NCBI GenBank assembly: GCA_964016885.1
Contig: OZ024742.1
Location: forward strand, 359,786,001 to 359,850,000
Reading direction: 5' to 3'
Length of the DNA stretch: 64,000 bases
Source of the DNA: Eledone cirrhosa
Taxonomy: Eukaryota
Shown here: positions 1-23,379 of the stretch, one piece after another
Position numbering within the stretch: the stretch's first letter is position 1
Layout: the number at the start of each line of letters is the position of its first letter
Program-made: the position numbers and the translations under genes
Notes under the pieces: model-generated
Seen by the model: the letters and a program-made list of their open reading frames with translations, nothing else
What the model was told of the DNA's origin: nothing
The model's database searches: none

Positions 1-41
1 TTGTATTTCTGGTTGTGTTAATTTCTTGGCTGATATATTGA

Positions 42-1256
42 TTATTTTTGGTTCGATTGGTTCTTTCTCGTCAGGTGCCACTTGAAAGGTGGTGCTTTTT
101 TCTTTTTTTCTTTCATTTGGTGCGAGGCCCCTAGTCCTAAAAAATGGGTGCCATTTGGGATAGGGGTGTTTCTGTTGTGGTGAAACCTTTGGCCCGCCGG
201 AACTTCATGCCGGTAACTGGTTGGGCGATAGACTCTTGCGTGGTCGTTGCTGTATGGGAGTCTGGTTCTTCTGTTGTTTCGTTCAGTATTCATGTGACTT
301 TGATTTTGTCTCCGGTAATTGTTCTTGGTGTTATGGCAGTGGCTGTATCTGGTTCTGGTGTTGAGTATTGGGTCTGTATGTAGTTGTGTGTTTGGGGTTA
401 CCCAATATCTGGTTGTTGTTGGTTTATTGTGTGTGGGTGCTTCATTTCTTGTGTTGTTGTATTTTCCTGAGTTCTGGGGTTTCCTATGGGTTTGTTTTCT
501 GGGTTTTATTTGGTCTTTCCCATAGTTATCTTCATATTCTTGAAGCCATTGAGTTCTTGACTCCAAGATTTTCTTTGATTTTAACTCCTCTCTAGTTGTA
601 TCTGTCTGCCATAGGTTAAGGAGTTTTTCACGTACATTGCCGCTGCTTCTTTTGTTTATTTCCTCTTGGATGGTGGTGTCGCATTTTTCAAATTTCTCTT
701 TGAATTTTGGCACTCTTAGGCGGAGTAGGGTGATTTCGGTCTCAAGTGTTTGGAGTGCTAGATTTAGTCTTGTTGCAGTTTCTTCCTTTGATTCCGATGG
801 TATTTCTTTAATTCGGAATTTTCTCGGGAGGATAACTGGTTCCTTGCTACGCCATATTTCGTATGTGTCTGCTAGGTTTTCACTCCTCAAGGCTTTCCAG
901 TATGCCTGTTTTCTTTGATTTAATAGTTGGTTCCAAATGTTTTTCATTTGGTTTCTTTTTCTGTAGGCTTCTTTTTCTAGATTCAGTTCATTCCATTCTT
1001 TGAATGCATTATTGGTGATGGAGTTCTGTTCATGTGTAGCTATTTCAGGGGAAAAGGTTTGTTCTTGTTTTTGTCGGTCTGTAATTAGTGAATCAAGTTT
1101 TTCCCTATAGCTGCGTGTTTGTTGTTCCATTTCTTGGACGGCATTCGTAAGGGAATCATATTTATCTATTATTATGGTGAGTTTTTCTGATATTTCCTGT
1201 AGTAGTGTCTCCGATTTGAAGGATTCAGTAGAGGATTTTGAACGTGTGTTAGCCAT
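42..1256 (-). CDS. 404-aa coiled-coil/basic ORF, probably retroelement-encoded (Penelope-like or LINE ORF1-type); family not identified
   Basis: Intron-free 1.2-kb ORF with non-repetitive composition: heptad-rich N-terminus, conserved-looking WNQLLNQRKQAYW...LPRKF block, basic low-complexity C-terminus. Its leader (1323-1612) recurs inverted at 2525-2814 across a (TA)n tract. Confidence 0.5.
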   Translation of the reverse strand: MANTRSKSSTESFKSETLLQEISEKLTIIIDKYDSLTNAVQEMEQQTRSYREKLDSLITDRQKQEQTFSPEIATHEQNSITNNAFKEWNELNLEKEAYRKRNQMKNIWNQLLNQRKQAYWKALRSENLADTYEIWRSKEPVILPRKFRIKEIPSESKEETATRLNLALQTLETEITLLRLRVPKFKEKFEKCDTTIQEEINKRSSGNVREKLLNLWQTDTTREELKSKKILESRTQWLQEYEDNYGKDQIKPRKQTHRKPQNSGKYNNTRNEAPTHNKPTTTRYWVTPNTQLHTDPILNTRTRYSHCHNTKNNYRRQNQSHMNTERNNRRTRLPYSNDHARVYRPTSYRHEVPAGQRFHHNRNTPIPNGTHFLGLGASHQMKEKKKKAPPFKWHLTRKNQSNQK

Positions 1257-1322
1257 TCTGTCTTGTACAAGGGGATAGAATATTGGAAAATGTGTGTAAT
1301 CCTTGGTACAGTTAGATATACT

Positions 1323-1630
1323 AAGACAGGGGGGAAGAAAAAAATGGCTTCACTTGTGCTTTCAACAAATTTATTTTCTTCACAAAATCCCAAAAGAATT
1401 TTTTTCCGGATTAGAAACAATTTTTTATTAAAAAAAATTATTTTATAAATTAAGTTGTTGGTTGTTGGTTAGGTCTTAGGAGTTCTTGGTTAACGTAGGA
1501 GGTATTGTTTCGTTTTTAGAACGACCTTTCACGCTGAGGTGCGCTTGTCAAACTGATGTGTATGTGGTGAGTTGTTCTATATATAGGGATTTAACATGTC
1601 TGTGGTGTGGTGTGTATATATATGTATATA

Positions 1631-1709
<79 letters not shown>

Positions 1710-1764
1710 ATGTATGTGTATATATGTATGTGTGTATGTATGTATTTGTATGTGTATGTGTATG

Positions 1765-1805
<41 letters not shown>

Positions 1806-1892
1806 ATATATATATAGATATAGATATATGTGTATATGTATGTATATGTGTGTATGTGTCTGTATGTGTTTGTGTGTACATATATGTATATA

Positions 1893-1959
<67 letters not shown>

Positions 1960-2811
1960 ATGTGTGCGTGTATGTGTATATATGTATATTTAGTTATGTA
2001 TCTTTATGTGTGTATATGTATGTATATGTATGTATGTATATATATATACCCATGTGGAGGTATGAGTACATATTCGTGTGTACGTATGTGTATATGTGTT
2101 TTTATATGTGTCTTTATATGTTTTTATGTATGTATGTGGATGTATATGTACATGGGTGTGTGATTGATGGTGTGTGCCTATATATTCCTACATATGCCCG
2201 TGTGTGTATGTACGTATATACGCACATATGTGTGTGTTGAACAAAGGACTAATTTTGGGATGGACGTAGAAAAATTCTTCAGAAAAAAATAATTGTTTAC
2301 AAGCTTGGCAGGTGCGGTTTGTTTATGACCATTCTCAACACAAAGGAATACTAAAAGCTTTTTCCCCTGAATAAAGGAATTTTTCGAGAATGACCGGGGC
2401 AGGCCGCACTTGCTACATTTCTCCCCACCAAATCCTACTCACCGTCTCAACTCATTACTGCTTTTAACACTTTTTCAACACACCTACACCCCTACACTTA
2501 TTAAAGGGGGAGAAAAAAAAACCCCACCACACCACAGACATGTTAAATCCCTATATATAGAACAACACACCACATACACATCAGTTTGACAAGCGCACCT
2601 CAGCGTGAAATGTCGTTCTAAAAACGAAACAATACCTCCGACGTTAACCAAGAACTCCTAAGACCTAACCACCAACCAACAACTTAATTTATAAAATAAT
2701 TTTTTTTAATAAAAAATTGTTTCTAATCCGGAAAAAAATTCTTTTTGGATTTTGTGAAGAAAATAAATTTGTTGAAAGCACAAGTAAAGCCATTTTTTTC
2801 TTTCCCCCTGT

Positions 2812-2814
<3 letters not shown>
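1323..2814. repeat. ~290-bp inverted repeat (1323-1612 / 2525-2814) around a (TA)/(TG) microsatellite; pseudo-LTR-like
   Basis: Direct comparison: aagacaggggggaag...tctgtggtgtggtg is the reverse complement of caccacaccacagac...ccccctgtctt with few mismatches. Confidence 0.85.
1613..2238. repeat. (TA)n/(TG)n/(TATG)n compound microsatellite (one of many in the window)
   Basis: Visible dinucleotide runs that generate the spurious YIYI/CVCV ORFs. Confidence 0.95.
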
Positions 2815-2899
<85 letters not shown>

Positions 2900-2900
2900 T

Positions 2901-2943
<43 letters not shown>

Positions 2944-2947
<4 letters not shown>

Positions 2948-3128
2948 GTTTATACTTTAGGCACAAGGCCAGCAATTACCCAGTGCATTACTGGTACTTT
3001 ATTTTATCGACCCCGTAAGGATGAAAGGCAAAGTCAACCTCGGCGAGATTTGAACTCAGATAGTAAAGGGATGTAACTATGCTGGAAAGCATGGCGTCCG
3101 ACCCTCTACCCATAACTCCAATCCACCG

Positions 3129-3131
<3 letters not shown>
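2944..3131 (-). mobile_element. tRNA-derived SINE (cephalopod-type)
   Basis: Reverse strand reads gggcggtggattgg (A box)...ctgagttcaaatctcgccgaggttgactttgcctttcatcc...gataaaataaagtaccagt...gctggccttgtgcc; the same unit recurs about 10 times in the window. Confidence 0.8.
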
Positions 3132-3187
<56 letters not shown>

Positions 3188-3635
3188 AAAGAATAGAGGT
3201 GTAACACACAAGTTATTATATATTGGTAAACGGAATAGAAAATGCTGACAAATTGTTCATAGTTGAAAAATGGTTTAATTAGGAATAAAAGAGTATTAGT
3301 GATTGTATGGGTTAGTATTCAGTTGTGGTTTTAAGTTTTTAAGTTTTTACCGGTTGCTCGTGATACCCGGACCAATTCTAAATTTGTTTCGCAACAATTA
3401 TTAAGTGAAAGTCACTATTTCTGTGCTCTTCTGCGGGTATCCGGAAATTGGTACATTTCACTTCAAAATACTTAAGAAGACTGAGAGATAGGTCATTTGC
3501 AATTCGAACACATGTATACTTGTATCAGTGTTCATCCCTCTCATATATTCATTTGTATTACACGGCTCGGAAATATTCCCTTCTTTGAGCTATTTACTTG
3601 TAAAATACTATTTCAAGTTTATAACTCTATATATT

Positions 3636-3719
<84 letters not shown>

Positions 3720-3855
3720 CAAAAGGGATATTCAATTTGTTGGTAATTCAACAAATATAAATGTTTATAACTGATTCAAAGCACTCGAGAGATTTTCTGG
3801 AGTATAATATTCAATGATATTAAATAAATGGAAACTATATTTATATATATATATA

Positions 3856-4170
3856 TAACGAAGGAAATGTGGTTAGGAACCAGGTGGACCATAACGCACC
3901 AAAGTACTCAATACTTGAGGTAGTAGAGTGGGTAATAGGAACCAGTAAGACCCCGACAGCTGAGCTCAAGCCGTTTCGACGGCTAATTCTGGACTAAATG
4001 AAAATTTATCCTGGTATTTAAATAGCCGATCTTCTCAAGGGGTAATTCCATATATGGTCAAAGTGATTGTCAAAAATCAGTAGTAATTCTGTGTACCAGG
4101 ATAAATTTTCATTTAGTCCAGAATTACCCGTCGAAACGGCTTGAGCTCAGCTGTCGGGGTCTTACTGGTT

Positions 4171-4175
<5 letters not shown>
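3856..4175. mobile_element. Penelope-like terminal fragment with internal inverted repeat (3935-4016 / 4095-4175)
   Basis: Flanked by (TA)n on both sides; ~80-bp inverted arms; a homolog occurs in the opposite orientation at ~44500-44712. Confidence 0.55.
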
Positions 4176-4208
<33 letters not shown>

Positions 4209-4308
4209 TATTGAAATTTCCGTTTAAAATAGAAAAGGTCATAGAAGTGAAGAGTGCTCTATGTAAGTACCAGAGCAAAATTTAATGTATAAAAATCAAT
4301 ACAATATA

Positions 4309-4386
4309 ATTACCTCGTTACCAGAGGTTTCCCGAATGAGGCGAATACGAAAGAAACGTCTTCATTCGTTCGTCAGACGAGGCAAT
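4309..4386 (-). ncRNA. Type I hammerhead ribozyme (PLE-associated)
   Basis: attgcctcgt-CTGACGA-acgaatgaag...cctcattcgg-GAAA-cctctg-GTA-acgaggtaat: stem I of 10 bp, canonical core, GUA cleavage triplet. Confidence 0.8.
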
Positions 4387-5494
4387 ATAAAACATGGGTA
4401 AATACTTGGAAAGTCTCATCAAGAAAAGTAAAAAAATATAGACAAATGAATTAGAATATGAAATATATAAAAATCTTTCAAGAAATATAGTTAGGTGTGT
4501 GTATATGTATGTATATACGCTCACAGATGTGCATATATATGTGTATGCACATATGTATACGTATAGTGAAAAAGTGTGCGTAAATATATAATTTAGGGCA
4601 AATGTATCTGTGTATCTGTAATCTACAGACAGAATAGATACATCATAAGAATATGAAGGCACGCGCATAAACACACCTACACACACCTACACTTATATGC
4701 GTAAAAGTAAAAGAGGTAAGGGAGTGTAATAATTAAAGGAAAGTATCAATCCCGATATATTTATAAAAATGGAACAATAATTTAGAAAGAAAAAATTAAA
4801 GAAAAGAAGACAAACAAGGTACACGCATACACACACACGTATATCTCACAAAAGAAACGCAAAAATATACATGCTTATATACACACGCACACTTACACAT
4901 CCATACGTTCGATACGTACACACACACACACACACATACTTACACTCACGCATATTGACCTGTATGCATGCACACGCATAAAAAAGAGGATGTAAAAAAA
5001 GGGGGAGAAGAAAAAAGAAACAAAACATAAAACCTAGATGTAAAAACACGGATATAAAGACACATACACATACACATACATATATATATATATATACACG
5101 CACGCGCGCGCACATACGTAGGCGCTCATGTACATATATAGAAAGCATACACACATTAAGGCGTTCAGACACATAGATACAGGGTGTAAAAAACTTGTGG
5201 ATAAGTAAGTACAAATATAAAATTACAAATATAAAATTGTAAGATTGGCTGCGCAAAAATAAAAAATAAAAATAAAAATAAAAATAAAAAATATCTGGAG
5301 TGGAAAACGCAAGTGAAATGTTTAATCAGTTAGTGAAGCAAATAGGGAAGTAAAAAATGGAAAGTGAAGATATTAGGTAAGTGAATCGGAGAATAAAGGG
5401 GGGGGGGGGGTATTGGTGGATGTGATGTAAAAATAAAAAATATATAAATAAAAATAAAAAAAATAAAAAATAAAAAATAAAAAAATGAAATTAA

Positions 5495-5680
5495 TAATTG
5501 TTTCTACTTTAGGCACAGGGCCAGCAATTACCCAGTGCATTACTGGTACTTTATTTTATCGACCCCGTAAGGATGAAAGGCAAAGTCAACCTCGGCGGGA
5601 TTTGAACTCAGATCATAAAGGGACGTAACTATGCTGGAAAGCATGGGGTCCGACCCTCTACCGATACTGCCAATCCACCA
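5495..5680 (-). mobile_element. tRNA-derived SINE (same family as 2944-3131)
   Basis: Near-identical to the 2944-3131 copy. Confidence 0.8.
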
Positions 5681-6030
5681 TTAAAAAATAAATATAAAAA
5701 TAAAAATAAATGAAATTAATGATAAGGATAAAAATGAAAGTAAATCAGAAAGGGTAATTATAAAGAGAATAATAAGAGTTTATGGAGGATAAGTATCTGA
5801 AAGTGTGTTAAGTTTATATGAGCTGGAAAGCAGGTGTGATTTCATGTGTGGGCAACTGGTGAAAATTTACGTCTTTGTGTTCAGGCAGGTCTTTGGTGAT
5901 TTAATATTTTGCAAGATCCAATATTTTTCATTTATGCAGAGCGTGCATTTTCTGAAGACATTTCCTTCGTATTCGCCTCATTCGGGAAACCTCTGGTAAT
6001 GAGGTAATTATATTGTATTGATTTTTATAC

Positions 6031-6109
<79 letters not shown>

Positions 6110-6306
6110 TGTATATATATATATATATATATATATACGTGGTAACAGATTATTGTTATAGGTAGTCCACTTAAGTGTAGTCTAGTTATGGTACTCCGGG
6201 TAGTGGATGATATCAACGCTTGGCTAAGTTTGACTCAACAAGGCGTTTTCATAGTGATGTTGCGAGTACGCTGTAATTCCTATGTTGTCAACATTTAGGG
6301 TAATGA

Positions 6307-6748
<442 letters not shown>

Positions 6749-6883
6749 TTAGTTAAGCAAAACAATACCACAAACTTCACAAGGAAGACATTATTAAAAG
6801 ATTGTCAACATATTTTAGTTTGATGTAAGGAATGTAGAGAATAATAATAATAATAATATTAATAATAATAATAATAATAATAA

Positions 6884-6914
<31 letters not shown>

Positions 6915-7037
6915 GAAGATAGACATAGAATATTCGAAAATATTCTGTATGTTTATAATAAACATTTTGAAGACCTAATCGCTATAGAATAGAATACGTC
7001 ACGTATTACAATTAGATTCTCGATAAAAGCAAGGGAA

Positions 7038-7080
7038 GTAACCTACGCGTTTCATTCTTATTAGAAATCTTCAGGATTAC
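7038..7080 (-). ncRNA. Minimal type I hammerhead ribozyme within PLE end fragment 6913-7110
   Basis: gtaatc-CTGAAGA-tttct aata agaat-GAAA-cgc-GTA-ggttac; same family as 45826-46471. Confidence 0.75.
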
Positions 7081-7114
7081 ATATCCAGTGCTTTTATATA
7101 AATCATGTATATAT

Positions 7115-7324
7115 TAGAAAATATATAGCTTTCACCGTATTTTTGACTAACGTAATTTTAGCTTGATAACGGGGTTTAGAAACCTCAGATAAATGGAAAA
7201 AGATGAGTATTGACGTACATGTACGTCAATACTCATCTTTTTCCATTTATCTGAGGGTTCTAAACCCCGTTATCAAGCTAAAATTACTTTAGTCAAAAAT
7301 ACGGTGAAAGCTATATATTTTCTA
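7115..7324. repeat. ~210-bp palindrome with no spacer, centred on gtacatgtac (7215-7224)
   Basis: tagaaaatatatagctttcaccg...gacgtacat|gtacgtc...cggtgaaagctatatattttcta; only a few mismatches. Confidence 0.9.
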
Positions 7325-7360
7325 ATTTTAAACTCGCTCACTGTTTCAAAACATACTTAC

Positions 7361-7440
<80 letters not shown>

Positions 7441-7487
7441 CGTGTGTGTATATATATATATATTTGTATATGTATATATATACACAC

Positions 7488-7518
<31 letters not shown>

Positions 7519-7589
7519 AAGAAAAAAAGATGAAATCGAAAATGCAATGGACGCTTATTTTTAAAAAATTATATATATTTATTTGGTTC

Positions 7590-7625
7590 CTTTACCGGTT
7601 TCGCAGTTCTTCTGCTTTTCAAAAG
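7590..7625 (-). ncRNA. Hammerhead ribozyme variant (U3-A8 core) in PLE end fragment 7518-7860
   Basis: ctt-TTGAAAA-gcag aagaa ctgc-GAAA-ccg-GTA-aag; same family as 47342-47690. Confidence 0.6.
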
Positions 7626-7860
7626 TAGAGTTGAGATGGAGGGTCTGTGGTTTTTCTCACATCTGGTTGGTCTTTGGATGTTATTTGTTTTATATGGAAA
7701 AATGTGGCTCGAAACGCCAGGTTTTGACGGAAGTAATTTGATTGGTTGGTCAATAAGTATAATAATTTTCGCGCCAGTTCGCATTACAAAGTTCTTCAAA
7801 CAAGGGGAGGGGCTCAGGTTGCTTTTTAATATATGAGGGTTTGAATTTCTTTTTACTTAA

Positions 7861-8153
7861 AAAATGGGGCTCACGAAGGCATTTTTTTTTTTTATGTAAT
7901 TTGATTGGTTATAAATGAAATTATCGCTGTCACGTGAACAAGTTGATTAAATTTCGCGCATGTATTTGGGAATTTATTTTGTAGCCTTTTAGAGAATTTT
8001 ATGACAATAAAAAAAGTGGCTCACGAAGGCTTTTTTTTTAAATGCAATTTGATTGGTTATAAATGAAATTATGACTGTCACGTGAGCAAGTTCATTAAAT
8101 TTCGCGCCCGTATTTGGGAATTTATTTTGTAGCCTTTTAGAGAATTTTATGAC
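7861..8153. repeat. Two-copy ~148-bp tandem duplication
   Basis: ggctcacgaaggc...agagaattttatgaca occurs at 7861-8006 and ~8010-8153. Confidence 0.85.
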
Positions 8154-8284
8154 ACGCAAAAGAATGGTCAAGAGAAATGGGATGGGAGAATTGTTCTGGT
8201 TCAGTGAATATGGCTAGTTCGCTGGGGTATCAGAATTCAGATTTTCTATTGAAATAAAGAAAGTAGACATATGTATGTTTATTT

Positions 8285-8330
<46 letters not shown>

Positions 8331-9043
8331 GAAGATGATTCTATTGGTAGAAATGGGGGAGGGAGTTGTGTGTGTGTGTATATGGGTGTTATGTGTGTGT
8401 GTGGGGGGGGGTTATGTGTGTGTGTGGGGGGGTTATGTGTGTGTGTATGGGTGTTATGTGTGTGTGGGAGTATGGTTAGCATGTTAAGATGAAGAGAATA
8501 TATATTTTGTGTGTGTGTGTGTGTAGGAAAATGATTCCGTTAGTAGGAATATTTTTGAATGAACATATTTTCCTTACTTATTCGTAAGTTCTGTTCTGTT
8601 ATATACACAAATATATACACATATATATATCGTATTGCCATCATCTTCGTTGTTGATTTTGCATTTATATTGTGTACTTTTCATTTTTGTTTCATTTTTT
8701 TTTGTTTTTTGTTTTGTTGTGTTTTTAGGGAAAAGGGGTGCTTTCGTTTTCGTATTTGTTTTCTTTTTGTTTTTCGTTGTTGTTTTTTTTTGCTTTTGTT
8801 TTGGCGTTGATATCGACCTAGGCTTAACCAGTCCTGAAAGAAGCGGTCGGCCTATAGGTTTGGTTTGGTTTGACGTAGTTCATCTATAGCACATTGGTCA
8901 TCATTAGCCTTCTTTTGTGGACGTTAAGGGGGGGGGGGTCAATGAGGGAGGGGGATTAAGGAAAAATATAGAGAGTAGGATAGAAAGACAGGTGAAATAA
9001 TAGAAAGAAGGGTGATAGATAAATGGATAGGTATATAGATAGA

Positions 9044-9310
9044 TATATTTCTTAATTTGCTACAAGGGCGCACAAGAAAAGTGGACAATACAAGGACATA
9101 TGCCGGGGATTTTACATACAATCGTGTAAAGAAAAGAAAATTTTTTAACAAAATAATTCAACAATCGAAATGCCCAATAGGCGAGGCGTTACAAATGGGT
9201 TGTTTAATGCCCCGTAGATAGAACAAGCCTCAATTCCAGGAGCATGTTGTGCAAGTGCTCCTTTCTTCCTTTTGCTCTCTTTCTTCAACCTACAGGTTTA
9301 TATACAGAGA
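9044..9310 (-). mobile_element. Tx1-like LINE copy T0: severely 5'-truncated (last ORF2 codons + 3' UTR)
   Basis: Homologous to the 3' end of copy T3 (19495-19740); ends ...SLYINL*; GATA-type repeats on both sides. Confidence 0.85.
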
Positions 9311-9328
9311 TAGATAGTTAGATAGATG

Positions 9329-19467
<10,139 letters not shown>

Positions 19468-19494
19468 GATAGATAGTTGGATAGATATATAGAT

Positions 19495-21653
19495 ATATTT
19501 CTTTATTTGCCACAAGGGTGCACAAGAAAGGGGACAATACACGGACATATACCGGGGATTTTACATACAATCCTGTAAAAAAAAATTTTTTAAACAAACA
19601 AATTCAACAATCGAAATTCCCAATAGGGGAGAGGCGTTACAATTGGGTTGTTTAATACCCCGTAGATAGAACAACCCTTAACTCCAGGAGCGTGTTGTGC
19701 AAGTGCTCTCTTCTTTAACCTACAGGCTTATAAACAGAGAAGGCCCAATCACTCGGGCCATTTTCGCTTCATTCACCCACCTTTCAATAAATTTACTGGG
19801 GTGCAGTACCTCTCTCTCCACTCTGATTCTCCTTCTAAAGTGGTATCTAAAGAAGGGAATCAATTGTTGTCCGGAGAGAAAGGCATCTGTCCTCAGTCCT
19901 CTCAATCTCGTCCACCATATAACCTCTTTCACCATAGCCACCGTACAGAGGAAAACCGCCTCTCTTTCGTTTTTTAAAGAGGCTGGTGGTTTGATCTTTA
20001 CTATGGACTAGGCAGTCAACTGGATTTGTCCCATACGCGACAGCAGTTGTTCTGCATAGTTCCACAGGTCGCTTACGCCCGGGCAGTGTACAATTGCGTG
20101 CAAGACGGTTTCAATGTCCTGCTCGCATCTTGGACACGTCTTCTTGGAAGGATCTCTGCCGGGGCGTCCGTGCCTGTAGATCTTATCTCGAACTGGTAGA
20201 GCTCCTCGGTAGCACTGCCAGGCCAGGGACCTCTGGAAGTTGTTCATAGGTCCCGGGCGGAAAGTCCTACCGAACAGACTGGTGAGCTCGTCGTCTTCGA
20301 CGCCTAGAGTCTCCCCGAGCACGTCGTCGCACTTGTAAAGTACTACCCCTCTATAGAATGTCGAAGTGGAGTCTCCACTGATTGTTGTGCCCGTTTGACA
20401 GAGGACTGTGAGCGCGTGGGCGCATTCAATGTGCCAGGCGCCCATCTTCTTCGGTCTTCGTTTCACCCAGGACTGCAGCTCCGTCAGCGAGACAAGTTGT
20501 GGGAAGGCTTATCTCACAAACGGTGCCCACACCGGTTGGTCGGTGAGGAATACCCGAAGATGCCGTAGCCTCAGCGCATGTTTGCGCATCATTAGCCACG
20601 GCATGCCCAGCCCTCCGTTGGAAGGATGTTGACAGCAGACGGATCTCCTCACCAGTGGAGCCTGCTTCTTCCACAGGAACTGGAAGAGCATGCGTTCCAT
20701 CTTGGTGAGGTATTCACGGAGACAAGGCACGACAGTCAAGCGGTAGTAGATGACAGACGCTATGAAAGTGTTCGCCACCACCGCTCGACCTTTCAAAGAC
20801 AGTTTGCACTCTGCCCACTTCTGGGTGAGCGCAAATACCTTGGCCATGACCTCGTTCTAGTGTTTCTCCACCTGGAGGTCTGGACCGAGACAGACCCCGA
20901 GCAATTTCACCGGACCTTCCGTGCAGCGTCCGATGACGTTGTCGGACGGCATCGGTTTGCCTCTCCACGTTCCGAGTTGCAAACCGACAGACTTGTCCGG
21001 GTTCAGTTTTGCTCCTGTGAACCGTTCGTATTCCTGTAGTAGGTTGCCGATTACCTCGATTTTCGAGGTTTTCGACAGCATTACCGTCATGTCGTAGGCA
21101 TAAGCTGACGCCGCTTTTCGCAGTCCCGGTTCTAGGAATGCCTTGCAAAAGTTCCAACTTCCGCAGTAGTGGCTCTAGAGTCAATACGTACAGAATGGAA
21201 GAGAGGGGGAATCCCTGTCGAATATAACGCGTGATTGCGAACGGCTCCGATAGGTAGCCGTTCACCTTGACCCTCGAGCAGATGCTGATGTGCATCGCCT
21301 TGATCCAGCCTCTGAAAACGAGACCGAAACCGGCCGCCTTGAGAACCGCTTCCAAGTATCGATGGTCGACCCTATCGAATGCCTTAGACTGATCTAAATT
21401 GATCAGAGACCCACCGAAGCCGGGTTTACACCCCACCCTCTCTATTATGTATCGCATGAGGTGGAGGTTGTCGTGTATGGACCTGGTCGGGATTGCACAC
21501 GTTTGCGCTTTCCCTACCAGGTTTTCGACGACAAGCGCCAGCCTCGTTGCTAGCACCTTGGCCAAAATCCTCAACTCTGTGTTGAGCAGAGTTATGGGCC
21601 TGAAATTGTTTATTTCGTTCCCCTTGTTCTCGTCTTTCCTGATCAGCGTTACT
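19495..21653 (-). mobile_element. Tx1-like LINE copy T3: 3' half (RT to 3' UTR)
   Basis: NFRPITLLNTE...LDQSKAFDRVDH...CPRCEQDIETVLHAIVHC...SLFISL*; 3' end GTGGCAAATAAAGAAATATATCTAT. Confidence 0.9.
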
Positions 21654-21968
21654 TCGTGAGATGAATTTAGTGAGATGAATTGACAAGCTGGTTTCAATTC
21701 TTGGTTCGATGCCATTTTGTTTTTTGGGGTGAACGGTGTGGGAGGAGGGGGTGATTGTTTTGGGAGGGGTGTGGGCGGGGGGGGGGGTCTGGTTTTGTCT
21801 CGTTTCTTTCCAATTGTCTTACGCTGAATTTAGGTTGAATTTCATAAAAACAAAACAAATATAGAACCGAAAATAAAATGTTATTTATTCATTTTTCTAT
21901 GAATTCTTGAATATTATAGAAATTATTGGCGGTGAATTGGCAGAGTCGTTAGAATGTCTGATAAAATA

Positions 21969-22323
21969 CGAGGGTAGGCTGAAAAGTTCATAGACTGACC
22001 AAGATACTCTCATGGAATGACCAAATGAGATTTGTTTTTCAACATAGTCCCTGGAAAGAAAAAAATGCAGTTATTAATAAGTGTTGAAATTAATGCATAC
22101 AAGATTTCACTGCGCTAGCATCATTCTTTCATAGGCTGAATAGTTCATCGACTAACCAAGGTACTCTCATGGAATGACCAAATGAGATTTATTTTTCAAC
22201 ATAATCCCTGGAAGGAAACAATACAGTTATTAATAAGAAGAGTTGAAATTAATGCACGCAAGATTTCACAGCTCTAGAATCACTCCTTCATAGTCAGCCT
22301 ATGAACTTTCCAACTCACCCTCG
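21969..22323. mobile_element. Tc1/mariner-type MITE with TA target duplication, inserted just after a SINE 5' fragment (21928-21966)
   Basis: TA|cgagggtaggctgaaaagttcatagactgac ... gtcagcctatgaactttccaactcaccctcg|TA imperfect ~30-bp TIRs; internal ~150-bp tandem duplication. Confidence 0.8.
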
Positions 22324-22575
22324 TATTGCAAATAAAAGAGGTGCTGGAAACTGTACACTTAAATATAAAATATAGAAATGAATTCTTAAAATGGAAATAT
22401 CTTCACCTTTGGAACGCCTTGCTGCAGTTGTTACCTCTTTGAGGCGTGGGAATATTCTCTACACTACATCAACAAGTGATTTCCTTTGTAAAGTCGATTA
22501 GGAAGAATGCTGATGTCCCCTTGAACTTTGGCTAATTTGGGGTTCTTCTTGTTGTCGATGACATACACACAGTAG

Positions 22576-22900
22576 TTAGAAAGGCGGGTCTAGACCAGCG
22601 AGCCCGACCAAAGTGTCATTTGAAGTATTATGGATTACCTCCAGGCCACCGAGAAAACGTCCAAGGGGGCAATCCTGAACAGCATGCAGTACTGTCTGGT
22701 CAGGGTACCCACAATCACATGCTGGGCTATCTTTCATTTTCCATCGATGGAGATGGACTGTCCTGGCATGTGTTGTGTGGATCTGATCAAAGGACATCCA
22801 TTGCTTTCTGGGAAAGTCAAAGTCTGCTGTTTTAGATGTGGGATCCTGGACTAGGTTCTGGTTGGAAAATTTAGACTCATTCCATGATCTTCGCCACTAC
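22576..22900 (-). mobile_element. Degenerate 3' fragment of an Ingi/Vingi-like LINE ORF
   Basis: HLHRWKMKDSPACDCGYPDQTVLHAVQDCPLGRFLGGLEVIH resembles the CxC..QT..H....CP C-terminal Zn finger of Vingi/Ingi-group RT proteins. Confidence 0.55.
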
Positions 22901-23379
22901 TTTAGACCAAATTTATTGTCCTTGAAGGGTCTCCATTGGTTTGCGTAATTTCAAACGCATGTTGGGAAGTTTTTCCAAGTTTTCATGGTGGGATTGTCGG
23001 GTTTCGACGTGGTAAGAAGTGCCGTTTCTCGGATCATCTGACACCGCGTGTGAGAAGGGATATGTATATGTGTACCCGTAAATCGTGGTGAAGTTGTATG
23101 GATACCCTATTGACATACAACGTTTTTCAAGCATTTTCAACTTGGTGGAGCCCATCCCTCACCGATTTCTTCCAGAGAAGGAGAGAGACGATGGTGAGGA
23201 AGTGAAAAAGACAATGAATCGATCCTAGTATTGGACTGTTACTTTATTAAACATACGACATTACTTGGGGCATTTTAAACCTGGTGGAGCCCTTCACTTC
23301 TCTATGTCTGAATACAGCAGAATTCTTCCAGAGAAAAATAGAGGGTGAGAGAGGGGAAGTGCAAAAGAGTTATAGAGGA

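Larger units (their letters stand above)
4207..6032 (-). mobile_element. 5'-truncated Penelope-like (Neptune-type) retroelement with inverted terminal segment
   Basis: Minus strand 5810-5950 translates KCTLCINEKYWILQNIKSPKTCLNTKT*IFTSCPHMKSHLLS, matching the CxLCxxEK...LNxxxE...CxH C-terminus of PLE ORFs. 5953-6032 is an inverted copy of ~4283-4365. A hammerhead lies near the 3' end; flanks are (TA)n. Confidence 0.7.

Noticed and set aside
1486-2240. Many [16 protein letters not shown] ORFs here and throughout (e.g. 13877-14110, 55871-56320, 57426-57991)
   Set aside because: They are translations of (TA)n, (TG)n, (GATA)n and (CAT)n microsatellites.
7160-7200. UUGAUAA...GAAA hammerhead candidate (also ~44940-44975 minus)
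   Set aside because: Stems II and III cannot be formed convincingly.
9311-9388. Target-site duplications around the Tx1-like copies
   Set aside because: Not resolvable because both flanks are the same microsatellite.
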